DNA of 64,000 nucleotides from Macrostomum lignano (lineage: Eukaryota). The notes below the pieces were generated by a model. That model was not told the DNA's origin. It did no database searches and worked only from the letters and a program-made list of their open reading frames with translations. Where the stretch lies: NCBI GenBank assembly GCA_002269645.1, contig NIVC01001103.1:62001-126000 (forward strand), in the 5' to 3' direction. The translations under genes and the position numbers were made by a program. Below, in pieces: positions 47,997 through 60,207 of this stretch (its first letter is position 1; every line of letters starts with the position of its first letter).

Positions 47997-50054
47997 TTGC
48001 TAGGGGAAGAATCGCGGGGAAAAACGCAGGAATTTACACACCGCACACGGATCCCTTGTGTCAGGAGGATGAAAGTTGCACCTCAAATTCTTCAAACGGT
48101 AAGCCAAAGTATTCTCTGGTATAAAGCCATTGGCGAACATATGGAAGCAGAAAAATTTGCAGTACACTTACAAACAATTCAGACATTCGATTCCACACTA
48201 ATTGATATGCACGACCTGAAGCGCATCCTGCACGAGGACGACGCGGAGTCGTTGATCGTCCAGCTCGAGCTGGCCAAGCCCCTCTCTCTGCAGCAGATTC
48301 TGCAGCTTGGTATCGAGCAGCTGGGTGATGACGCCAGCACTGCTGACTGCATCAAGTGCGGCAGGTCCGACTTCACGTCGTTCCTCATCGCTCACTCAAC
48401 CCTGCTGGAAGTGGCCGCGTGCACACTCGCTCTCAACTGTGTCACTCTCCTCATCGACGAGTTGGAGGCCGCAGCGGAGTTTGTCGCTGACGCCGACGCT
48501 GACGCCGACGCCGACGCTCTTCATCGGGCAGTCGGAGATTCAGTCGTGCCGCTGCACTGTCTCATTGTGAAGCTGTTCACACTGGGAGGAGGCGGCGGCT
48601 GCGGCGGCGGCGGCGGCGGCGGCGGCGATGCGGCATTCGAGGACCGGGCGGTGAGATTCGTGCGCCAAGTGTCGGCTGCGCGGCCTCGCTTCTTCCGCGT
48701 GTGCGCAGAGAAGGAGGCGTTCGGCCACAATGCTCTCGAGCTGGCAGTCAGTCTGCAGCTGTTCTCACTGGCTGAGTGCATTCTCGAGTCGGGCAAGTAC
48801 TGCGGCGAGGTCAGTCTCGTAGCGGGCGTCAAGGTGCAGCGAGTGGATCTGAGCGAGTACGACTTCGACACCGGGGAGCGATACAACAAGAGCCCCCTGA
48901 ACATGCTGGCAGTCACAGCAATGAGTGATCTTTCAATGCCATTAAAAAAGTTTCTCGACAATGACATTATCAAAAGATGGTCCTGCGCAACAACCGGGCG
49001 GCTAAAGAGATATATGTGTTTGAGGGCACTGATATGCACTTTATACAAGCTAGTCCTACTATTCTTTGGTTCGGCGTGCGTTTACTCGTCAATCTCTGTA
49101 AAAATCCTGGCTAACTACATGCCTGACCGCCCAGTTAACTCAAGCAGTTGCCCGCTGTTCTCGATGCACCACAATATGTCGGAATTTTGCAGCATATTTG
49201 CAGTGCGCTGCATTGTCAACGTTCTGGCATGTGGATACATCATTGAGTGCATCGTGTCGCTGGCCGTTCACCTGATCTATGTCAGGGTAGCTCAGGGCAA
49301 CAGCTCTTACTTGGCGGCGTTGGCACGCGATTTTCGATGCACCAGCCAAATTCCACTGAGAGTCTGCGCATTGAGTCTCATGGTCTGCATCGGTTTGGTT
49401 CCCGACAGGATCCAGATAGTTTCATTGTTTGACAGGGGCGCGGGACTCCGAATTCTGGATTACGCAACTGGCACGCTCTACATTATAACAATAATGACAA
49501 TAGTTTACGACTGGCTGCTGGTTATAAAAACTTTGGCTCTGCTTTGGAATATTGTTGGCATATTTTTCTTCTTTATGGCGATCATCTTCTTGGTTATCGG
49601 CCTGTTCTGCTGGCTCATCACGCTCATCGTGCCGTGCGAAATTGCCTTCGACCGCGAGATGTTCGCCAATCCGTCTTACGGCCTGTTGAACTTCTACCTG
49701 ATGGTCAGCCACGGCGGCCTGTCCCGAGAATCCGCGCAGTCTCTGGGCATCTTCTACCTGGTGACGCACGCCCTCATCGCACTGTTCTGCTTCAATTTTC
49801 TAGTCGCCTTAATGTCGGAGCGATTGTCAACCGCGTCGCGAGATCTGCCTTACATCTGCACCTCCTACAAGCTGTACATTTACCACGTCTACATGCTGTG
49901 CATTGCCTTCGTGAGCCGGCTTGTGCAGTGTAAGAGAAAAATAACAAATGCGAAAGACAACAGTCCGCTTCAGTTCTGCAGAATTTTGGAGCCACAACTC
50001 AGATTCACTGACTTAAAGGGAGCAGGACAATCCACTGCCAGCTATTTAGGTTAG
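47997..50054 (+). CDS. TRPV-like channel paralogue 3, intronless, intact (ATG candidates 48069 and 48207)
   Basis: Shared N-terminal cassette, TM helices, pore LLNFYLMVSHGGLS, S6 LFCFNFLVALMSERL. Confidence 0.75.
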   Translation: MLGEESRGKTQEFTHRTRIPCVRRMKVAPQILQTVSQSILWYKAIGEHMEAEKFAVHLQTIQTFDSTLIDMHDLKRILHEDDAESLIVQLELAKPLSLQQILQLGIEQLGDDASTADCIKCGRSDFTSFLIAHSTLLEVAACTLALNCVTLLIDELEAAAEFVADADADADADALHRAVGDSVVPLHCLIVKLFTLGGGGGCGGGGGGGGDAAFEDRAVRFVRQVSAARPRFFRVCAEKEAFGHNALELAVSLQLFSLAECILESGKYCGEVSLVAGVKVQRVDLSEYDFDTGERYNKSPLNMLAVTAMSDLSMPLKKFLDNDIIKRWSCATTGRLKRYMCLRALICTLYKLVLLFFGSACVYSSISVKILANYMPDRPVNSSSCPLFSMHHNMSEFCSIFAVRCIVNVLACGYIIECIVSLAVHLIYVRVAQGNSSYLAALARDFRCTSQIPLRVCALSLMVCIGLVPDRIQIVSLFDRGAGLRILDYATGTLYIITIMTIVYDWLLVIKTLALLWNIVGIFFFFMAIIFLVIGLFCWLITLIVPCEIAFDREMFANPSYGLLNFYLMVSHGGLSRESAQSLGIFYLVTHALIALFCFNFLVALMSERLSTASRDLPYICTSYKLYIYHVYMLCIAFVSRLVQCKRKITNAKDNSPLQFCRILEPQLRFTDLKGAGQSTASYLG

Positions 50055-50160
50055 GGTTAGAGTATAGTTTAAGTTAGGCTTCTGTTAGGGTAGGTTACGG
50101 TTAGGGTTAAATTAGGGATAGATTTGGGTTAAATTAGGTTAGGGTTTAGGTTAAGGTTAG
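50046..50160 (+). repeat. Degenerate TTAGGG-like tract
   Basis: TTAGGTTAGGGTTAG...GGTTAGGGTTAAATTAGGG...; also present at 63041-63133. Confidence 0.7.
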
Positions 50161-50922
50161 ATTCGACAGTTACTTTCAACATCTTAGCTACGATACTTTA
50201 TTCAGAGCTATACAAAGTTCTCTACCCCTATTTGAAACCGTTTTAGTCTATCAAAGCGCTTCAGTTGATCTGGAAGTTGTTTTTCTGTTTTCTGTTTATG
50301 ACTGTCCTAATATCCTGTAATAATGATTACGAGTATGCTATCCTCTGCTAGATAAGGATCGTGTTTTCGTATTCTCTTTGAAAACAGCATTCCGCTTTGG
50401 AACATTTTGCTGAGTCATGACCACTAGAATTATTGTTTTTTTTACTTCAAGCGCGAGCTTTAATAGAGAAGTATAAGTATAAGGAATAAAATAGCCGCAT
50501 TGAGTGCAAGAACTGCAAAAACAGCTGATAAAGTCGAAGCAAACTTGGCTGTTTTACCTTCCGCAACGCTGTGGGCGGGCGGGCTTACTTGAACTCAACA
50601 ACACGAGCTGCAATAATATTTACGATGCATGGCTGGGCTTAACAAAGATTGTAAACCATGTCTTTTGAGATAATATTAGTCATAATGTAAACTCTCAGCT
50701 TTAATAAAATATTGCTTTGCGGGGCATGTTCTATTTTTATACCTGTCGTAAGCGCTACTTTTTAAGGATGCACCTGAGGCCAGATAATTACAAGAGACGC
50801 AATAAAACAGATAAAAATCTCAACAAATCACGCGCCTTTGCACACACTAGTCTATAAAAGCAATAAAATTTTTGAATTAGGTAAATCATGCAATTACACC
50901 GTGAGCAGTGCAAGCAGCAAAA

Positions 50923-53900
50923 ATGCACGACACAGAGCTTCATCAAGCTTGCGACAGCGGCGACAGTGGGGCCGTAGAGCGACTGCTGAAGTCTGGCGCC
51001 GATCCGGACGCTCGGAACGCGTCGGGTCGGACGCCACTTTGGGTGGCGAGCCAGAAAGGTTTTGTGCCTGCGATGGAGCCGTTGTTTGATGCTGGAGCTC
51101 AGCTAGACTGCGCCCAGAGCGACGGAGCGACTCCACTGTTCGCGGCTGCTCAGGGTGGCTGCGACCCGGCAGTGGCGAAGCTGCTCGAGGCAGGTGCAAG
51201 TTCGGACCTCCAACGCCAGGACGGCTCCACACCGCTGCTGATTGCTGCTCAGACGGGTCACGCCAGAGTCGTTCGCTGTCTTCTCGACGCTGGAGCCGAC
51301 CCGAATCGACAAAGAAACGACGGCTCGTCGCCACTGCTCATGGCGGCTCAGTACGGTCAGCAGAGAGTGCTCGAGATGCTGCTGCAAGCTGGTGCTGATC
51401 TCCACCTGCCCAACATCTTCGGATCGGCGGCCCTGTTCGCAGCCTGCTGGTGGAATCATTTCACAGCCATTCGTCGACTGCTGCAGGTCGGCGCGGACGT
51501 GAACCTGAAGACGAACTCCAAGTGGACACCGCTGCACAAGGCTGCTCAGAAAGGCTACCTAGAGTTAGTGAGCTTCCTCATCGAGTCAGGAGCTCTTGTA
51601 AATGCTCTGGACAACGTCAGATCATCTCCACTGCACACAGCAGCTGAGAACGGACACGATGAGGTAGTGAAGTTTTTAATTGAGTCCAATGCGTCAATCA
51701 ATGCACAGGACTCGAAGGGAGACACGCCGCTCCACAGGGCAGCCAAAAAGGGCAACACTGGTGTGATACGAGTTCTGCTAGAGGCCGGTGCAGATTCCAG
51801 CTTAGAGAACAAGTCCGAGGAACTTCCGATCTGTCTGGCCGCGAGCCACTGCACACAAATGGAAGCAATCGAGCTGCTGCTTCACGCAAGCCAGCCTCAT
51901 AGCGGTCACATCGAGGCGGCAATTGCTGCCGCATGTTGCTACGGGCTCGGGAACAATGCTCTGCGACTACTCAAAAGTGTCAGAGTTGATGCAGAAGTGT
52001 TGCGGCGCATTGTCCCAAAGTCCTGCGCCAGTCTGGCGGTTCAGTGTCTGCGCCGCTTTGACAGAAGCACATCGGGAAATGTAGCATTCGGATCGACTAC
52101 TCCATCCAATTGGTAAGTTAACACCATATTAAAAATTTATGGTAAACCACATTGGTATTTACTACTTGCCAAATGATACTCTTCCACGTTAAACTCAGGC
52201 GCACTTCTTCGGAGAGCCAATTTAGCACAGAGCTGTTTGAAACTCTCGATGGCTCCGGCTTCAACAGAGTCGGTGCCCTCGGTCAGCAGGCTGAGGCAGA
52301 AATTTTGCAGCAAATCGTTCGTCACCTGAAGCCAGACACTTGCATCAATGTAGTTGGCAGCTTCAGCGAAGGATGGGGCAGCTCGTTGAAGTGTCTTAAT
52401 GGCCAGATCGACAAGGACTCCGACATCGACTTCACGGAGATCCTCGCTGACGAACTGCACATCAAAGGTCGCTGCCAATGCGAGTCACCGGATCCTCAGA
52501 AAATAGTCGAATACAAGAAAGGTTACGTTCGCTACCCCGTTGCAAGTAAGTTAAACTCGGTCGCAATTGTGCTTTCTGATTTGTAAATAGCAGTTTGACT
52601 TTGGCCCTGCAAATCCGCTTGTAAAGAAAGATCCAAATAAATAACCGTTGTATCAAATACCGAAACTGCGTTTGTTGCAGCTGCGAATCCGAGCAACCCT
52701 CAGTTCGGCACGCCCCAGTCCCCAGCCATGGACTACGTCAACGCCTTGCGAACCTGCTGCTACCCGGACATTGAGGTCCTAAGACCAGGTCGACCGACTC
52801 AAATCCAACCGCATCTGCTCAAAGCACTCACAACCGAGCTCCAGACGTCCCTGTGTCACTTGGTCAGAGCGGCACCTCCTGACAAAGAAGGCGAATGGCT
52901 CAGATTGAGCACCACCTTCCTCGAGAGGCTCATGATTCGAGGCTTCAACACACTGCAAGGCCAGCTGTTCGTCATCCTCAAGTTCCTCATCAAGCGACAT
53001 CTGTCCAAGTCAGTAAGCGGTCTCAAGACCTACGTGGCAAAGACGCTGATGTTCCGCATGATTGACGAGACTGCTGAAGACGAATGGCGTGCTGACAATC
53101 TGCTGCAGCTCACACGGCGAGCTCTGGAGATTCTGTGCGACGGTCTGCAGCATGGCGGAGAGCACGAGTGCCTGCCGCACTTCTTTGCACCTGACGCAGC
53201 CGTGTACCTGCGGAGTGGTCACTCGAAAAAGAGGGACGTAATGAAAGCAATTAAAAGCACACTGGAAAACCTGAGACAGCCTCTTGTCCAACTCATGGGA
53301 CAGCTGGTCACTACGAAAAACTCGAAATTCATGCAGTTTCACCCATTTACATTGGTGCCGGTTACATATGATCTGCACTCAGTCTGCACCGACATCAGCC
53401 TGCTGCACCTTTACCCCGTGGTGTGGACTCTGGTGCGAGATTTGGCAACCGATTCGAAACCCCCGATGCAGCTCATTAGCAGCATCCCTGACTGCGCGTT
53501 GTCAGTTCGAGAGAGCCTCAGAGCGATGGCCCAGCTGAAGACGGGTCAGCAAGAAGCTGCTTTGTACACACTGCGAGCGGCGGTTCAACACACGGTCAGC
53601 AAGGCAGTCGTCAAGAAGCAGCTCACTACTCTGTCGGATGTTACCGCGGATGTCTGGCAGCAGCTGGAGAACAGCGACTCGATCTGGCGATTCTGCTTCC
53701 GCTACGACCGACGTCCGGATCTCAAGTTCTTGCCCCGGTTCGTCAAAGACAACTTTCCCCTGGGCATGCAGATCTACGGAAACAGGTTCTACATGAACTT
53801 TAGCGCACTGCTGAAGTGCCTGTGTCTGGAGCTCATTCCGACCGACGTGAAGGACGAGTCCCGACGCTGGTTCGAGGAGACACTCGGAGACCAGGAGGCA

Positions 53901-54292
53901 GACGCGGCCGACCTCCTGCTGGCTCTGCAGTACTGCACCGACGCGGACACCCTGGCCGGCATTGTGCACCGGAACAGTGACGTCATCGCGAGTACACCAT
54001 CTATGCAGTCGAAACTCAGCGACAGCATGCTGCGACTGGTGAGTGATAGCGTATGCATCCTTGATATAAGTAGCGTTTCTCATTCCATCTTCATGATTTT
54101 AAACCGAAATAGATGGAGAAAATTGATTCATCCAACCACGGATTGTAGCCGTACCTGCACGAGAGCTGCATGCGACGGACTTTGCTGGGCTTGGCGCACC
54201 AACTGCGTCTGGAAGCAACCGCCGGAAAGTGTCGCCGTCGGCGGCGGCGCAGCGGCCGAATGCGGGAGCTGCCAGTGGCTGTGCGCACGTAG
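50923..54292 (+). CDS. Ankyrin-repeat cGAS-like receptor (ANK-Mab-21 nucleotidyltransferase), 4 exons, 1012 aa predicted
   Basis: Exons 50923-52112, 52199-52545, 52681-54038 and 54149-54292 join in frame at GT-AG sites (3039 nt). About 10 ANK repeats (TPLW, TPLF, TPLL, SPLL, TPLH...). NTase motif VVGSFSEG...DSDID, third Asp in MDYVNALRTCCYP. Mab-21 C-terminal motifs CHLV, WLRLSTTFLE, LKTYVAKT, CLPHFF. Confidence 0.85.
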
Positions 54293-55666
54293 TGCAATCA
54301 GTGCGTTAAGCATGAACTGTTGGCTAAAGTTAAAAACTAAACTTACGACTTTACATGTACGCTCGTATTTCTGGCAATATTTGCTGTTCATCTTCATTTA
54401 TTTATTACAAGCGAACAAGACGATAGTATTTAGTTGAGAGTGCCGATGGGCATCACTGAGCAGTTATTCTGAGCTAATATATCTAGCTACCAGGTATTTA
54501 GACTCATCTGTGGGAGAAAAAGAGCAAATTTTGAATCCCTTTTATACAAAGCAAGTCTTAGTCTCTTTATCCTGTCGTGAAAGTTGTTGGCCTTGAAATC
54601 TTTTTGAATTCTCACAGCATAGGCAAACTTTTCACTTAGCATAAATTCTAGCAACGACTTGCTGGACTATCTCTGGAAATCGATCTGAATACAAATCTAT
54701 AATTTTCTATGTGATTTTAATTCCCGCCTGATAATAAATAATTTCTGCTAATTCTGCGAGTTACTATGATTTCTCCTGTAAATATTTTCATAATTTAACA
54801 TTTGCTGAAGATTTCTGATCAATAAACATCGGTAACAGTAAACGGCTTTGTTCATGTTGTTTTGGTTGCAAAGGGTTTTAAATTTGAATAAGCCTGCCAC
54901 TTTAGGCTGATTGTTTTTTTTTATTCGACTGAAATAAAAAGTTGCAAAGAAATAGAGTCGAACTAAAGTGCAAAGATGACTACAGGTCACAGGGAGTAAC
55001 TATAGGCGGCAATTAGTTTACAGACATAACAGCCTTATAGCTTCCAGCTCTACAACTTTGTGAGGGTTTTTAGAGTCAGACAAGAGCGTTGATAAACTTG
55101 AAGCAGAACAGCACGGTGAGTGCATGGGGTCAGCAGGAACAGATCGTACACCAGGTCTACTGACTTTATCAACTCTCTCAAAAGCCAATCGTTGCTGGTT
55201 AGCAGATAAAATGTGAGCAGCCCAGACCGCAGGTTCAGGTGCAGCGCAGGCAGTATCTACGGCCGTATCGTAGAAAGCTCTGGTGGCGCAGACAGACCAG
55301 CATGAGGAAGCAGAGAACCAGGATGACTGTCCTCATTACTGACTAACTGTTGCAACGAAGATGATTTGCCAATTATTTAACCAAATAGGTTCCCTCACTT
55401 TGCTTAGTTGCATACAACCCGGATCCAGAGCAGCTCAGCGGTAACGCGTCACCACTCCCAGGTTCGATCCCTGCTCGGCCGCATTCATTTGAGACTTTTA
55501 ACGAAAATTGGCCTGGGGATGTTGTGAGATTCACACCTATGAGGATCAACTGCCAAGGCACAGAAAGTGTACATGTCTGACGATTAGAAAGTTAGGACCG
55601 CTGTACACCCTGTGTGAGCGAGTGTGTGAGTGTACTACAGTATTGGCGCGTTTGTATGTGCTCAGG

Positions 55667-56490
55667 GGGTCGCCATCAAAAACCCGAAAAATCACAAATT
55701 GAAAGCACTTCCCATCATAAACCCGAAATATCACAAACCCGAAATATCACAAACCCGAAATATCACAAACCCGAAATATCATAAACCCGAAATGTCACAA
55801 ACCCGAAATATCATAAACCCGAAATATCACAAACCCAAAATATCATAAACCCGAAATATTACAAACCCGAAATATCATAAACCCGAAATATCACAAACCC
55901 GAAATATCATAAACCCGAAATATCACAAACCCGAAATATCACAAACCCGAAATATCACAAACCCGAAATATCACAAACCCGAAATATCATAAACCCGAAA
56001 TATCACAAACCTGAAATATCATAACTCCGAAATTGATAGCAACGCACATCATAAACCTGAAATATCACAAACTCAAAATATCTTCCCTACATGTACATGC
56101 GTCAGCAGCGTTATAAGTTTAGGATTTGTGAAAATTGCAAATTGTGAGGTTTTATGAGGTTTTATGAGGGATTGTGATAGATCGGGATGAATTGTGAGGG
56201 ATTATCATAACTCCGAAAACCAAAATAGTGTTGGACATTGCTAGAACTTTCGGAGTTATGACATTTCGGGTTTATGATGTGCGTTGCTATCAATTTCGGA
56301 GTTATGATATTTCGGGTTTTTTTATATTTCGGGTTTTTTGATATTTCGGGTTTATGATATTTCGGGTTTTTTTATATTTCGGGTTTATGATATTTCGGGT
56401 TTTTTATATTTCGGGTTTGTGATATTTCGGGTTTATGATGGAAAGCGCTTTTCGGAGTTGTGATTTTTCGGGTATGCGATGCCCCCCCCC
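55667..56490. mobile_element. Foldback-like element with inverted arms built from 16-bp subrepeats
   Basis: Left arm (AAACCCGAAATATCAC)n, right arm (GATATTTCGGGTTT)n. Unique segments are also inverted (TTGATAGCAACGCACATCATAAACC vs GGTTTATGATGTGCGTTGCTATCAA). The 8-bp direct repeat TGCTCAGG lies at 55659 and 56491. Confidence 0.7.
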
Positions 56491-56894
56491 TGCTCAGGAG
56501 TCAGCGGAATGGGCAGAATGGCCTCAGTGCTGGTAGTGTGGGACAATGTCACCAAATGCGTTGTGCCGGGGTGGGGGCAGAGCCCTTCTGCGAATATTGA
56601 TAATTGAGCATGTTGTTTCTCTATTTCAGAATAATAAACTGTTAATTTCACCAACAATCACTCGTTGATAACACTTGTAAATGCCATCCAAATACAGCAA
56701 ACAGGCCGTTCATATGGATTTCTATGGACTTTCAAAGCAAGAAAATTCTATGTTTTTGATTTGCTGTTTCTCTGCTCCGTATGCATTGCTTTCTGTATTA
56801 TAGCTCCTTGATGGTAAGCATTTTTTGTTAGTGCAGGCAGATACTACTTATTAAATTTCCGAATAAACAATTAGAATAAATATTATATTAGATT

Positions 56895-57174
56895 CAGGAG
56901 CGTAGGGAGGGGGATAGGGGGGATGTATCCCCCCCGAAGAGCCTGGCCAAAACTTTTTTGTTGCCCTTTGTTGCTATACATGCTACCATGTGACTCTGTC
57001 ATAGCACTTTTTCCTTGGTGTATCCCCCCGTAGGAAATTCACCTTGGTGTATCCCCCCCGTAGGAAATTCACCTTGGTGTATCCCCCCGTAGGAAATTCA
57101 CCTTGGTGTATCCCCCCCGTAGGAAATTCACCTTGGTGTATCCCCCCCGTAGGAAATTCCTGGCTACGCCCCTG
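56895..57174. mobile_element. hAT-type MITE with internal ~29-30-bp tandem repeats
   Basis: TIRs CAGGAGCGTAG / CTACGCCCCTG; flanks ATTAGATT / ATTAGATC (7/8 TSD); internal GGTGTATCCCCCCGTAGGAAATTCACCTT x4-5. Confidence 0.75.
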
Positions 57175-57284
57175 ATTAGATCCATAGAATTGTATGGATG
57201 AACATAAATTTCAACACAATTTGCTTAAGTCATTGTTAGCCTATTTTAGAGACACTGTTTCCAAGGTTACCATTGCATCTTCCA

Positions 57285-57450
57285 GTCAGGTGTGGTTTTA
57301 TAGTCCGGGCGTGGAGGCCGTGTCTCTCGATCAGGCTCAGGTGTGGTCTCATAGTCCGGGCGTGGAGGCCGTGTTTCTTGCTCAGGCTCAGGTGTGGTCT
57401 CATATTCCGGGCGTGGTGGCCGTGTTTCTTGCTCAGGCTCAGGTGAGGCT
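57285..57450. repeat. 51-bp tandem repeat x~3
   Basis: CAGGCTCAGGTGTGGTCTCATAGTCCGGGCGTGGAGGCCGTG.. units. Confidence 0.85.
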
Positions 57451-57649
57451 CCACCAAAATCATAAAGGTGGAGAGGCATTGGTGGCGAATTTTTTGTCCC
57501 GGATTGTACTTCTGGAAAATAATTGGCAACGATTTTTGTGTAACGAAACAGCTGGCTCATGTGATACCAAATCCGTCTGAGCACTTCTATTTGCCAATAA
57601 TCGAGCTGAAGGACACGTTTCGTGTTAGGCTTTTCTTCTTTTGGCTCAC

Positions 57650-58075
57650 TGGTGCCGTATTGCCTGGTCCTGTCGTTTGCAGTGCAATCCTCCCGCGGTG
57701 TAGAGAACCATGGAGAGCGCGTAGTCTTGCCGTATTGCCTGGTCCTGCCGTTTGCAGTGTAATCCTCCTGCGGTGTAGGGAACCATGGAGAGCGCGTAGT
57801 CTTGCCGTATTGCCTGGTCCTGTAGTTTGCAGTGTAATCCTCCCGCGTTGTAGGGAACCATGGAGAGCGCGTAGTCTTGCCGTATTGCCTGGTCCTGTAG
57901 TTTGCAGTGTCATCCTCCCGCGGTGTAGGGAACCATGGAGAGCGCGTAGTCTTGCCGTATTGCCTGGTCCTGCCGTTTGCAGTGCAATCCTCCCGCGGTG
58001 TAGAGAACCATGGAGAGCGCGTAGTCTTGCCGTATCGCCTGGTCCTGTAGTTTGCAGTGTAATCCTCCCGCGGTT
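57650..58075. repeat. 75-bp tandem repeat x~5.5
   Basis: CTTGCCGTATTGCCTGGTCCTG..GGAACCATGGAGAGCGCGTAGT units. Confidence 0.9.
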
Positions 58076-58877
58076 AAGGAGTGTTAGTAGCGTCAGTGCG
58101 TCGCTTTAGGCCCTTCCTGGTCAATAAGGTTCTTAGGCGGGCACCAATGGCACCCGGGACGGGGGAACCCAGCCGTTCCAGCCCTGCGGCGGACGCGGAT
58201 GTCCTGGTGCTGGACGCCGAAGAAGAGGACCTGGACGACCTGGGCGAGGAAGCGACGACCGGCGGCATGGACTCGTTGAACACAGTGAACGTCAAACGAC
58301 GGATCGTGGCGACAGAATGTTAAGGACCCGGGCCCGGGTTCAGCCTTAGCAATTGCCGCGGAGGCGATGCAAGCGTTTCATCGAAAAGTGTTGTCGCGAG
58401 TGACCTACAACGTACCTGCCCTACACCTGACCTACAGCGCGCCAGCCGCACACCTGACCTACTGCACACCAGCCCTACATCTGACCGCCTTTGCTGAGTG
58501 CACCTGAGTTTGAATGTTAGTTTTGACTACTGTAAAATTTTTGAAGATTGCTGATTCCTTTCGCTGTTGTTGATTCTTAGAAGTTTCAATTGCTGCTGGT
58601 TTTGAGATCGTGCCGTAAGCCTGACTGAGTCTGAGATTCCTTTATTGCTGGCGTGATGCTAATTCTTAATAATTGTTTTTTTGCATAACAAAGTTAATAC
58701 AGCGTTAATTGTCATCTTTCTGCCGGTTGGCGAAGGTTCTGTTCAACGTTCGATGTCAATGTTAGATGCTCAATGGTTATGTTCCGTGTTCTATGTCAAA
58801 GTATAATGTTCAATGTAACGTTCTCCCTTTCATCCTATCATATTTTTGCGTCATCCTTCAATCCTGTGCTGTGCGAC

Positions 58878-59418
58878 AAGAGAGAGGCTGATAAGAGAGA
58901 GGACGGTAAGAGAGGAAGATAAGAGAGAGGATGATAAGAGAGGCTGGCAAGAGAGAGGCTGGTAAGAGAGAGGCTGATAAGAGAGGCTGATAAGAGAGAG
59001 GATGATAAGAGAGCCGAAAACACAGGATGATAAGAGAGAGGGTGATAAGAGAGGCTCATAGGAGAGCTGATAAGAGAGCTGATAAGAGAGGCTGATAAGA
59101 GAGGCTGATAAGAGAGGCTGATAAGAGAGAGGCTGATAAGAGAGGCTGATAAGAGAGCTGATAAGAGAGGCTGATAAGAGAGCTGATAAGAGAGCTGATA
59201 AGAGAGCTGATAAGAGAGGCTGATAAGAGAGCTGATAAGAGAGGCTGATAAGAGAGCTGATAAGAGAGGCTGATAAGAGAGGCTGATAAGAGAGCTGATA
59301 AGAGAGGCTGATAAGAGAGGCTGATAAGAGAGCTGATAAGAGAGGCTGATAAGAGAGCTGATAAGAGAGGCTGATAAGAGAGCTGATAAGAGAGGCTGAT
59401 AAGAGAGCTGATAAGAGA
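58878..59418. repeat. 13-15-bp GA-rich minisatellite
   Basis: GCTGATAAGAGAG(G) units. Confidence 0.9.
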
Positions 59419-59885
59419 TGGACTGAGGCAGACACCATAAAGTCACAGAGAGTATAGCCACGAGACAAAGTCAGAAACCCTGGTTGAGCAGTAGTGACTC
59501 ATCAGAGCTTATTATCTAGGCCCACGCAAGTGACGTCACTTTTTGGACCCCGGGCGGGCGGGGTTCGCCGGGAAGGGCTTCTTAGCTGAGGCCGGCTTCT
59601 TGCCATCCGAGCTGGCGCTGCTATTGGCGCCGCCCTGCGGCTGTTTGGCTCTGGCCAGACGGCTCTTCAGCGCGGCTTTCCGCTTCTCGAGGGCGTCAGC
59701 CTGGCGCTCTTTGGCCGCCGATACCTGCTGATCATTTTCCTGGGCCTGGGCAAGTAGCTGCCGGCTGCGCTCCTCGTGCTGCGGTGCAACGCGAGGATGT
59801 GAGATGTCGGGGGTTTAGTCGGGGTCTAGTTCGAGAGGCCAGTCAACACGCACTTTGTAGTTGGTGCTTTGGGTCTCTGTAGCAA

Positions 59886-60207
59886 ATCACCTCACTCCTG
59901 CACTCACCTCACTCCCACACCCACCTCACTCCTGCACCCACCTCACTCCCACACCCACCTCACTCCTGCACCCACTTCACTCCCACACCCACCTCACTCC
60001 TACACCTACCTCACTCCCACACCCACCTCACTCCTGCACCCACTTCACTCCCACACCCACCTCACTCCTGCACCCACTTCACTCCCACACCCACCTCACT
60101 CCTGCACCTACCTCACTCCCACACCCACCTCACTCCTGCACCCACTTCACTCCCACACCCACCTCACTCCTGCACCCACCTCACTCCTGCACCCACCTCA
60201 CTCCTGC
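59886..60207. repeat. 17-bp C-rich minisatellite
   Basis: CACCTCACTCCTGCACC / CACCTCACTCCCACACC units. Confidence 0.9.

Noticed and set aside
58318-58830. Possible solo LTR starting TGTTAAGG
   Set aside because: No second LTR, clear TSD, PBS or recognisable pol domain seen; unsupported.
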